Source: Schizochytrium sp. TIO01
Lineage: Eukaryota; Protista; Bigyra: Labyrinthulomycetes
Assembly: GCA_004764695.1 (NCBI GenBank)
Contig: SMSO01000005.1
Location: 1,612,001 to 1,676,000, forward strand
Direction of reading: 5' to 3'
DNA: 64,000 nt
Shown here: one piece after another, positions 10,987 through 22,299 of the stretch
How the letters are laid out: each line of letters begins with the position of its first letter
How positions within the stretch are numbered: position 1 is the stretch's first letter
Position numbers and translations under genes: made by a program
Notes under the pieces: generated by a model
Told to the model about the DNA's origin: nothing
The model's input: the letters and a program-made list of their open reading frames with translations, nothing else
Databases searched by the model: none

Positions 10987-11018
<32 letters not shown>
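10987..11018. repeat. Poly(T) tract
   Basis: About 32 consecutive T. Confidence 0.9.
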
Positions 11019-11022
<4 letters not shown>

Positions 11023-12259
11023 CTAAATTAATTTAATGATAATAATTCTGATACTTCGTTTAAAAGTAACCAAATGAATCTATCAGCATTTTCGATTTTT
11101 GATTTTATATGGCACGGGAAATAAAAAATAAAACAAAGGGGCACCTGTCAACTGCATTCGCGTACTCCAACACGCTGGGTGACAATAACAACACCAGCCA
11201 AGGCTAAGCGTGGAGTTATCGAGTGGCTTGGTTGTTGTTTGAAAAGTATCAAGGATTTCAGTATGAGCTTCGCGTGATGATATATGGGGTGACGGGCTTT
11301 AGAAAGTTTCTTTGAGGTCTTGTTTCATGATGTCGCATCTCACATCTGCCGGAGTGAAAAAACTGGCCGAAGCTTGGTTCAAGGAGGCTTATCGAAGTTC
11401 TGTGAAGATATCTGTTTGATATATTTCCGTCTTGGTTTTCATACTTGTTCGTAAGGTGATCAGGAGGTTAGACATATCAATATAGCTCAGGACAGTTTCA
11501 AGTTCAAGTATACCTACCTATACATGATTAATTTATTGTTATTTATTATTCTTATCACCATGAATAAAAGTAAAAAAGAAAAAGAAAAAGCAAAGTTGTT
11601 TACTACCTCCCTACTGTCACTGAGCTATAGATTGTTGTATCACATTTGCGCATGGCTCCGAACTGGTGAAAATAAGTGTTGCAAAATTGAAGATATACCT
11701 CGAAGGTGGCAGTCAGGCAAATGCGTTCAAATGCTTAACATTAGTAGAATATTGGGAAAATGTGGCAGTTCGCACCAACACCCGAGAAACTTAAATGGAA
11801 AATCATACCGCCTCAGTTTGGAATTATGTTCCAATGACCTTTCTCTCTTTCCTTTTTCGTAAGATTTCTGAAATTATGAAAGAAGTGAAACGTGTTCGAT
11901 TTACATTCACGAACTCGCCAAGAGCCAGGGTCGCATGCAGGTCCATCAAAAACGGCGCCGTTGCGACGCTTGCTTTGCTTGTACAACACCTGAGCGTATA
12001 ATATACTTTTAAGTAACCGAGACAGGTATCTAAGAAAGTGATTTTCTCTGTTAGCTTTTTTTATTTTTTTTATTAAATTAAATTCCTTTTTCTTTAAATT
12101 AAATTAAATTCAATTATAAAATATATATACGTAACTGAGAAACTAATAAGTAGGTGCTAGTAGCAGAAATCTCACGAAACATACGCGGAAAATGAATAAA
12201 AATAACACCATCAGTTTTTTAAAATAAAACACCAAGAGAACACAATCCTATCTCGTACA

Positions 12260-13150
12260 GAAAGAAGAAAACATCTGAAGAGAACATAAGCTAGAGCAGT
12301 AGCTGCAAGTGCTGTAATGAAACAGCTTCTCCCGCTCGGACCTTCACACATTTATATCGATGCGTTGGTCAGCGTGAATTGCAATGCTGTGGAAGATTTT
12401 GTTAGCTAGTTTGATCATACTGGCGAAATATACGAACATTTGTTCCCGAAAGGGGCAGTCCTGCGGTTGAATTTCCGCCTTTGAGTGATCCATCTTCACA
12501 TCGAATCCGAAGCTAGTTGCAGCACTTGTTATCCAGCCTACTTTCCGCACTGTGCTCGTGAGCCTTGCCGTAAGAATGGCTAACACCTCGAAACTCTCGC
12601 AGACCTTCACTTGTCAGTGCAGCGTTATCAGGCTATCAGCTGGAGCTGGCGAGCTGCAGTGACACAAGAACGATTGCAGACCTGTAATCCGGGGATTCTT
12701 TACGACGACACTTGCGTGTGTGAGCTCGGTACGTCCACGTTGGCAAGCTTTGTGCTCGCGAGTGAGTCGCTGGATCTCTGGGTCTATGATCGCGAGAATG
12801 GATGTGCGAGCGCCAGAAGTGTAATACGGCCGAAGCAATGATGCTCCGTGGAAAGGCGGAGGCTTACATGGATGCAGCAGCCTGAATTGCTCTCGGGCGA
12901 GCCGCTAAACGAACATCTTTTTCCGTGCTTCCGACAAACGGCGTAGCTCCAGACGAGGTTGGACCGCCTCTTCGGTAGATTGCTGCTATGAGCTCGCCCT
13001 AAATCCAAAGCGCGGATACCTGGTTACCTGATGCGGGAGATCTTGTTTGTTCTGCACCCCCAAAGAGGTTCAATTCCCTTTAAGGGCGTGGGGGCGATAT
13101 TCTTGTACGGTTACGCTGCAGTAGCGGCCTCTTGCAAAGCGCCTGCTTGA
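12260..13150 (+). pseudogene. Possible decayed HET-domain-like gene (stops and frameshifts)
   Basis: Manual translation gives KRT*ARAVAASAVMKQLLPLGPSHIYIDAL...EDFVS*FDHTGEIYE and, in another frame downstream, SWSWRAAVTQERL. These resemble the HET motifs LG.RYLWIDAL, M..IY and W..RAWTLQE, in the expected order. Confidence 0.3.
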
Positions 13151-14709
13151 ACTGAAACGAGGTGAGGACACTTGAAAGCTCGGGGAAGGGGGAGAGTCCG
13201 GCTGGAACGAGACGCTCTTCTTTGCGCAATTTTTTGAGCCCAATCGAAGAATTGATTGGCTGGATGAAAATGAATGAAATGACTGACTGATTGACTTCCT
13301 TTCAAGATTTTTTTATCACTCATTTTTCTAATGCAGAAAGCAAAAAGTAAAAAATCAAAATTAAACTATGAATGCGTAGCCTTTAACAATCTTGTGCACC
13401 GAGAAAACCCAAAAAGCAGTCGAGTCAAGACAAGCAGTAACATAGAAATGGAGCCTCTTTCAGATTGCACTCAAGGCTGTGCTCTTCCCTGGTTTGTACT
13501 GTCGACTAGGAGAACGAATGCTGAAGCAAGAGGATCGCTGCCGAAAGAATAGCCAAAACAAACTCCGCTTAAATAACTAAACACATCATAACATGGGCCC
13601 TATTTACTAGTACATAAATTAATTATTTTATAAAAATTAACTATATTTAATTTGATTATTTAAAAAAAAAAATAACATAAAAACTTTCACTGAAATGAAA
13701 TGAAAAAATTAAGATGAAGTTCTTTCGCAAGCAATCAACGCCCTCATGATCTATCTTGGCAGCAGAAGTGAGACCTCACTGGTAGAGTTTGCAACATACG
13801 TCAGCAACACCCACCGGTCGACTTAATGTGCGCTCAGACACTTCAAGTGCAGGGAAGAAGCAGAGAGTAAAGAATCCGAAATTGAGTGACCCTAGCTCTA
13901 CATTATGTATCTCTGGATGATCCAGAACCACCACGAGTAAGTAAATCCACCCTCGCTCTCGCTGACCCATCTGCTTTCCCGCTCACTCGTCGGGCTGAGG
14001 GCACGTGCCCGCCAAGCCGGCGGTCCGCTCGAAAATGCGAGGTGCGCTTGCTCTGACCTACGACGTGTAATCAACGAGCCTTTTTCCAAGAACGGAATAC
14101 CTGATGGGCAGCGAAGGCTGTCTCGAGCAGAGTCGGTCCCCAGGAACTTCATTTCTCAACGGAAACATGGCACGTGCCAGGAACACTGTATCGTGTGGCG
14201 TTCTCGAGAGTGCACTCGCAGAGGTTTCGAGCAGCGATCAACGAGTCTTCGTTCTAGCGCACACGGGTGTCTCGTAGCTGCGAACTTTGGTGGAGGTTCG
14301 AAGATGAGAATGGTGACTTGGCTTCGGACCATAAGGCACATACATGGCTTTGGCGTGGCCTTGCTTGTGTATAAAGAAGGCTGAGAAAGGCCACAGCGCA
14401 CCCTTTGGCTTACGCCAACAGGTAGGCACTTGGCCTATCTATACACACATAGACAAGAGGGAGAACCGGCGAGCGGATGATATTGAGGCTGTTTGAAGCT
14501 TGGCATCCTTTGGGCACTCTCTAGGCTCGGATCTGAGCGAAAGAAAGCTTGAAGGCTTCTTTCTCTTGAAGCGAGAACTGTGCTGGCCCAGACCGCTCAA
14601 TTGCTAGTGAACTGGGGAACAGGGTCTGGTTGTCATCTTGTCTGTCGCACGCAGGTTTGGGGCCGCGCACAACAGAGGCGGCACTGGTGCCGTAGCAAAG
14701 TAAACCAGA

Positions 14710-17700
14710 ATGGCAGACGACCCTGGCGGTGGCGACGCCGCGAACCTGAGTCCTGAGGTCTTGCAGCAGCTTGTTGAAGATTTGCGGGGCAAACTAGAGC
14801 AAGCATGTCCTAATGGATGGTCCCATGCTGTGGACGGCTCGGGGTATTCTTATTTTTTGCAAGATGGCACAGGAGAAACAAGCTGGGATTTCCCTCCTGT
14901 GCCACCACCTGGCGGAGAGGGTGGCGATGGCGATGCTCGAGTTTCTGCTTTGGAGGCGCAAATCTCAAGGATGCAAAAGCAAGCAAAAAAAGCGGAGGCT
15001 GAACAAAAAAAGGTTGCCTTACGGGAGGCTGCTATGAAAACTGACATCAGCAAAATGAAGGCTGAGACACGCCAGGCCAAAAAGGAAGCAGGAGATGCTA
15101 CGCGTGAAGCGGAGAATAAAGCTGCTCTAGCGGTGGAAGAGGCTGCCCGTTCGCAGATGGGGCTCGAAGAGATTTCACAACGTCTCCTTAATGAACGTGC
15201 AAGCATGCTTCAAAATACTGTAAGGGCTATACGAGAACGAGATCCCAGTCTAGCAGAGGAATGTCTCCGAACCGTACGCTTAGGAGAGATGCCAGAGGTC
15301 CCAGAGGCGATTAACACAGGTGTACAAGAAGCAATAGAGGAATATATTGCGCACGAAGAGCTTGTCGCACAATTGCGCACTCAGATTCGAGACCTCGAGA
15401 GTGAACTTGCCTTTGAAAAACAAGAACGACAGCGGGAAAATGAAGAATGGAAAGAAATTGTAAGACAGCGGGATGAAGAGATTCAAGATCTCCAAAATAC
15501 AGTTGCCGAACGTGACGCTTACATTGAAGAACTTCGTTCCTACATTTCTGAAGCGGACGAAAGACACCGTGCAGAACTTGAACGTGCTCGTACTGAAGAC
15601 AAAAATAAGATTGTGTCTTTGCAATCTCAACTGATTCTTGTAAAAGAACAATATGAAGAAACTATGTTAGAGCTTGCAAATATTTGGCCAGATGGGGTAC
15701 CTCCTCCTTCACTTTTAAGGAAGTATGTTTTACCAATAAGGCAACGAGAAGCTTTAGAGCGTCAAGCCAAAGCACAGGAGAAAATCCGTATTGGCAGTCA
15801 CGTCCAAGCTTGGAATGAGTATTATGCATGCTACCAGCGGGCAGTGGTTACTGCTATGGATGAAGTAGCAGATCATGTTGAAGTGCGCTGGGTAGACGAA
15901 TTGGATCGACCTCCGGAATGGCTATCTTTATCCTACTGCATGGCTATTGTAGAAGAAGATTTGTATAAGCAGAAAGAGATTGGCACGCAGACCGATCTTT
16001 CGCGATATGATGAGATGTTGCATCGTCCCGTTAAGCCGAAGCGTCCGCGAAGTGCCGTTGGTCGCATGAACGGGCGAATGGAAGCGGCGGATCGACGAGC
16101 AACCCAAGCTTTGCGAGAAAAACGGGGCCAATCTGTAGATACATCTCAGGACGAATCTATCCGAATTGCTTCTGAGAATCTGTTTAGGATAATTGATGCA
16201 AAGAATCAAGGCGAGATTTTGTTGGTTGATGTTTGGAAATCAATTTTAGAATCCACCCAAGCACGCAACTTCATTGAGAATAATGAATTGATGCATCCTT
16301 TGCGGCGTAAAGAGTACTTAGTTCTGGCTTGGAAAGAAACAGATGCGGACCACGATCTCTCTATTCCTTTTGATATTGAAGAGTTTACGCGAGTGTGTGT
16401 GGAAGTATACAGAATGTCTATTCGTCCACCTGAAGTACGCCAAACCCAGGATGCTACAGCGATTGTGAATGCAGAAATCGCGGCAGCAATTCAACGCTAC
16501 AAGATGGCAAATGCAGAGGATTCTGACAGTTCTGCTGAGACATCCTCTGACGAAGATTATGGATCACGTTCGGAAGCCTCCGTGGAGGAGGCAGATGGTC
16601 CACAAAGTCAAATTGATGAGGCTACAGCCGATCATCAGGACCAAGACCAGAGAAGTGTGCTAGATTCTGAAAACGACGTCATGGACAGTGCCAACCAGGA
16701 TGCTAATCAAAATGTAAACAGCGACCTTCACGATAGTGTAGAAGAGGAGAGAGAGCTAGAAGATGTTGTTAATGAGAATGAAGATGGAGAAAAGGATGAA
16801 CGAGGATGACGAGGATGACGAGGACGACGAGGATGACGAGGATGGCGAGGATGGCGAGAAAGCGAAGAAAGCGAAGAAAGCGAAGAAAGCGAAGAAAACG
16901 AAGAAAACGAAGAAAACGAAGAAAACGAAGAAACCGACGCAGAGGATGACGACGAAGACCCTAGTGTCCTTAATCTTCGAAAACTGAAAGACTCTACACG
17001 CCACGACTTGGTACAGCCTTATCTGAAATCCGCACAGAAGGATAGATATGAACAGCTATTACGCACAGAGGAGACACGGCAGGATTTGTGGGATCAAATT
17101 CAAGTTCTTTGTTTGAAAGAAGAAGACGAAGTACGAGAGTTTTTTGATCGTGCAACAGAGGTTCTCCAAGTTGCCGAGGAAAAACATGCAGAGTCTATAC
17201 AACAGCACGACGCAGCAGTCCATGGATTTGATGAGACTCTTGATTTCATTCAAGGTAAATTCACAAGTGTTGATACAAAGGCATCTTTAACCTCAAAAGT
17301 TGTGTCACGTGTATGGAACGAGTTTCTTGTCGGTGATGCAAAGCACCAACTTGAACCAAAGAAAAATACTGAGAATGAGCCTATGTCGGAAACTATACTG
17401 AAGGAAAACAAAACGGAGGACACATCGCCATATCATGCCGATGTAAATATAGATGTTACGCAGAAAGAGGAAAAGACATCTGCTGGAGAAGAAACTGAAG
17501 AAAAACAACAGGGCGAAATTTTACACAACACAACTGAAGAAGTCAGTCATAATGAACAGAGAGGTCAGACAAGTCGCACCTCAAACGGCAGCATTCTATT
17601 TCCTGAACAGGAATTATTTATACAATCATCAAGTTCAGAAGTCGCACCTTTATCCAAAAGTAGAGTCCCCATGCTACGGAAACGAAAGATTAATTGGGAG

Positions 17701-20700
17701 TTACTACATTCCCATATCGAAAAACAACGTCAAGGTTTGTTACAAATTGAAAATAACTCGAAACAAGTTGTTGCTAAGAAGACAACAGAGTACGAACTTC
17801 AATCAAAACGAATTGAGGACATAGCGAAGGAAAAGGCATCTGTAGAGCGTGAACGTGACGCTTCTGAAAATGACAATATCAAGCAAGGCTTGATAAGCAA
17901 GATTGAAATTATTGAGACCAGGCTCACGCAAGCAAAAGCTCACCTGGGGCCTCTTGCAGGGCAGCGAGAGGAGGCTAAGACAGAGTACTCGCGGGTTGTT
18001 GAGGCCAAGCAAGACTTTGAAACCTCTGTTGTTGAACTTGAAACTCTCTTTGAGGACTTGCAAAATTGGGAGAATGAATTAAATATAAAAGCAAACCTTA
18101 TTACTCAATATGCTGAGGCTGAGCGCGTCGCAAGATTAAGATATCAATTCTGGGTTGAGGAGACGCAACTTTTGGACGCTCGAAGCAAGCAACAAAATGA
18201 AGTTTTCGGAGCCATGAATGAAGTAAAAGCAAAGCTAGATAAAGAAACCGAATCGAATACACAAGCCTTACTTCGAAACGTAGAGCATCAGGAAGTCTTA
18301 AAAGCTCGATTTATATTTGCACAGACTCAAATGAATCTTGCTGAGAATGAATTAGATATGTCTGTTGCTCAAAACCATCTCATCTACATGAGTAGAGAAT
18401 TATCACAAGGTATGGAATGGGCCAAGCAACAGTGGACTCAAGAAATTCAACTTATCGATCAAAATCTTGAAGAAAGAGCTCGGCATCTTCAAGATGACTG
18501 CTTTCGTTTGAGAGCTGCTCTTGATGCCGTAGCAGAGCGTGCAGCTTTACGAAGGCTTGTAGTTACGGATATGGAAAATGACTTGTTAAAGCAAACACAG
18601 TATACAGAAGCTAGCCCGTCACGCAAAATTGAATCACAAGTTGGTATTGACCAGCTACACGCGCTGCGTGACCTATCGCAACAGCGCGAGGAAGCATGGA
18701 TTTCAGAGAGTGTTCGAATCGTGCGAGGTCTCGCTGGTACTTGGATTGCAGGTCAAGAAAAGTCTCGATTACAGAGTGAAATTGACTTGACTCTCCAGGA
18801 AACTAAACACAAAACTGCTCAATATGCAGAAATTGCTATGACTGCTCAAAAACGATATGATATCATGGAAAAACGTGTCTTAGCAATCGAACGACGGTTC
18901 AAAGCAAGAGAAGATGCATTTGTCGCAGAATTGGATACTCTAGCAAAAACATCAGAGAAAAGTATAGATTTACTTCATGCTGAATTAGATGAACAAAAGA
19001 AACGCAACGATGAAATTGAACGGATTAGTATTGAGCACCTCAAGATGACTGAAGAGGATTATTTGGCTATGCGTGTTCAGCTTGAAGCAAAGATTGCGAA
19101 TCTTGAGGAAATTCTTGTCACTAATCGTCACTGGGTAAACACTTTGCGTACACAACTTCAAGAATTACGTGAACAAATGAGAATTTTTGAAGAGGAGCGC
19201 GCACGAGAGGAGCGCCGACTGGCTGCAGAAAAGGATCAACTACGTCAAGAACTTGAAGCAATGACACAGCATGGTGCGCGACTTGACAATTGGGTAAATT
19301 CCTTGAAAAACGAAGTTTCGATGCTTCAAGATACTGTAGCCTTCAACGAGCAAGAAAGTAAAAGAGTCGCAGAAATACACAAGAGAGAGTTGCGGTGGGT
19401 TCGCTGGGAAACATGGAAACGAGATGAAACAGCTCGTACGCTAAGCACAAATGTAGATGCCTGCTTTCAATTTTTTATAGAAACTGTTGCACGCCTTGCA
19501 GGATCGTCAAGGCATTATAATCAACGGATTGCCGCCAATGCTGGAATTCAGGTACTGCATGCTCTTGTGGAATCTAACCGGCCCGAAATTGCGCGTCTTG
19601 CTTTAGAAGCATTGAGTGCAGCAGCTTGGGACGGCCATGTAGATTTTCGTGCTATCAGCCGTCAGGCTACTGAAAGCTGGCGAAAGTGGGTGCAAGGGAT
19701 TTCCGTTGTAACAACTCTACGCTGGAATCGCAAGCATCGTGGGGATACAAATTCTGACGTGAGGGATCATGGAGATGAAACCTCGGAAATTGAGCTGCCA
19801 GTACAAGGGACTACTGTAAGACTGGCAGAGAATGGACGCGTTGTTGAAGTTGTTCCATTCTCCGTGGCTGAGAAAGATTGTGGTATGAATCTACCTAACC
19901 AACGCCGTATAGGAGATGGCTTGCTTGGACGTGTCTCAGGTGTTGACGTACTCATTCGGCACCTGGAAAATGCTGATTCTATAATTGTAGAGAAGGTTAC
20001 ATCTACGCTTGCGGTACTTGCTTTGGAGGTCGAGAACCGTGAGCGCATTGGAAGAGCCCTTCCACAGCTTTTAAGACTGGTTACAGCGGGTTATAATTTT
20101 TTGGAAGAAAACACAGAACCAAAAGACGCCTTGAGCGGGAGCGTTGCGGAGAGCTCGAATGCGCCGGAGACAGACGAGAGGCAAGGTCGAAATACAGAAG
20201 ATCAGATCGTCATGTTTCAGCCTGCAGTAACCTCGAATACACAGGAAGCTCTTGAAGCAGACGAAACGCGCAGGTATGCTCTGAGCACAATATGTAACCT
20301 TCTTTACGAGCATGAAGAAAACCAAGAAAAGTTCGCGCAATTATACGGTATTCGACCCTTATTATACCTTTGTCGAAAAACGACTAACGTTGATCTCCTA
20401 GAGACAATTACCTTAGCCTTACTCAATGCAACTTCGATATGTGTAAGGACGGCGGAACAACTCAGTGAGGATGACGGTTTAGAGATTCTTACAAAACTTT
20501 GTGCATTACCTGAAGTTGCTGTGGCGGATGGAGATGTCGCAGAGCGTATTCAGACAAACATAGTTCAAACTCTTATTAATGCCACCCGAGATTTGGGGAA
20601 ACTGGATGTTTCTCGTGTTGCGCGTCAAAAGATTGTGGTCTTTGGTGTTGAGCCACTTGTTCATTTGATGCTTGCCTCGAGCAATGAAGTGCAGACGTTT

Positions 20701-22098
20701 GCAGCGTGTATTTTTAGCAATTTAGCGCAAGACGATGCAATGCGAGAGCAAATGGGGCAGGATGGCGCGGTAGAAACGTTATTCACGCTCTGTGAGTCAG
20801 AGCATACTCAAGTGCGAACCTCTGCTTTAAATGCTCTCTCTAACTTGGCGTGGAATGCTGCCAACCAGAACCGCATTGGTAAGCTCTTGCCTCAGCTCAT
20901 TAACTTATGCCTAGATGAGCATGCTAGTGTTCGAGAAAGCGCAAGTGGGGTTTTGGCAAATGCTCTATTTTATCATGAAGGCAACCGTCGTCGCTTCGGA
21001 CTCTACACAAAGGCAGTAAGGACATGCGCGAAATTACTTGCCGACCAGACACAAACTAGTAAAGTCTACGAGAACATTGCTCGTGCCTTAGGAACTGCTG
21101 CGTATAATGACGCCGTGGCTATGCAAGCAGGTCTTTTAGGTGTAATTCCATCACTTCTTGCTCTTTGTGCCGGTTCTCAAGCAAATGTCCAACGAACAGC
21201 AGCCTTTGCATTAGTGAATCTCTCTGTACATGACATCCACAAGACTGTTATCATTCGTCATGATGGTGTTGAGATTATTACAGCTCTCTGTGCAAGTGAT
21301 TGCTCTGAGACTCGTCGTCATGCAAATCGTATCTTGGAGACAATGGCAGATATGTCTCGCGCAGAAGAACTTGAAGCTCGTCGTGAGCGATTTGGACTCC
21401 AAGGACTCGTTGCTCTCCTCTGCGGTGAAGAACAGTACGAAGGTCAGGCCCAACTACTTCAAGGCCTTTCAAGTCTGCAAGTTTTAGCATGTGAGCAACT
21501 TGCGGCTGAATCTATCTCTTCTGAATCAAAACGCCGGGAGTTAGTCAAGCACAAAGGGCATATTGCTCTGATAAATCTTCTTAAAACAGCAACACAACAG
21601 ACCTTGATTGTGGATGCGTTGACGCTACAAGTAGCGCAAAGATCACTCTGGACCTTGCGCGTACTCATTCAGGAAGGCGGAGGCTTTTATCAGGATCTTT
21701 GTGGAACCCATGGACTTACAGAAGCAGTGCTAGGTGTATTAGATGCGTTTATTGATCACGTTAAAGGCACAACTGCATCTGAAGACAATAATACTGGGCT
21801 AGAGACGAAGCTGGTGTCTGCTCGCGATGTATGTGAAGGAGCTGTGTCAACTCTTTTCATGTTTGTGTTTCAGCACGAACGTAACAGTAGGCGTGTGCTA
21901 CAAAGTGGGTTGAAAGTTCTCATCAACATTGCAGAGAATTTCAAAGAAACAGATCCGCTAAGTGAGCTGACTCGACGTTTATTACGAATTATGGGTCCAT
22001 ATTCTTGGATTCGCTGTGTTAATTGCTCCAGCAAACAAAAGGGAGGACAAACTTGTAGTGCTTGCGGGAGAAAACTCATTAACGTATTTGTTGATTAA
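14710..22098 (+). CDS. Large WW + coiled-coil + EF-hand-like + acidic repeat + coiled-coil + armadillo repeat + Zn-ribbon protein (about 2460 aa), interrupted by two compensating indels at about 16800 and 16858
   Basis: ORFs 14710..16809 and 17008..22098 are in the same frame, and that frame is open from 16837 onward. WW: PNGWSHAVDGSGYSYF...TGETSWDFP. EF-like: LFRIIDAKNQGEI. ARM repeats: AACIFSNLA, ALNALSNLA, AAFALVNLS. C-terminal CVNC...CSAC. Confidence 0.75.
16795..16935 (+). repeat. Coding 9-bp tandem repeats (GAGGATGAC)n then (AGC/AAC GAAGAA)n, encoding EDD/SEE/NEE
   Basis: Directly visible tandem units. Confidence 0.9.
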
Positions 22099-22299
22099 TA
22101 CAACAGGCTTGAACCAGAATACTGTATATTTTAAAATAGCCTATTGGCCGCATTGATATCTGTAAATTAAAGATCAAGAAACTTGATTAATAGCAACAAC
22201 AACGAAACTGTATTTTCTTGAAGAAGCAGAACAGAATATAAATATTACATGCATTTTTTCATTCTACTGCCGAACATTAGAGAACGGCTATATGTCCAT

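Noticed and set aside
13740-14430. GC-richer block with 60-150 codon open frames on both strands
   Set aside because: No recognisable motif and no preferred frame.
16801-16840. Stop-codon readthrough or a TGA-reassigned code as the link between the two large ORFs
   Set aside because: The shifted frame gives a coherent acidic repeat, so two indels explain it better; TGA is a normal stop in the LRR and G-alpha genes.
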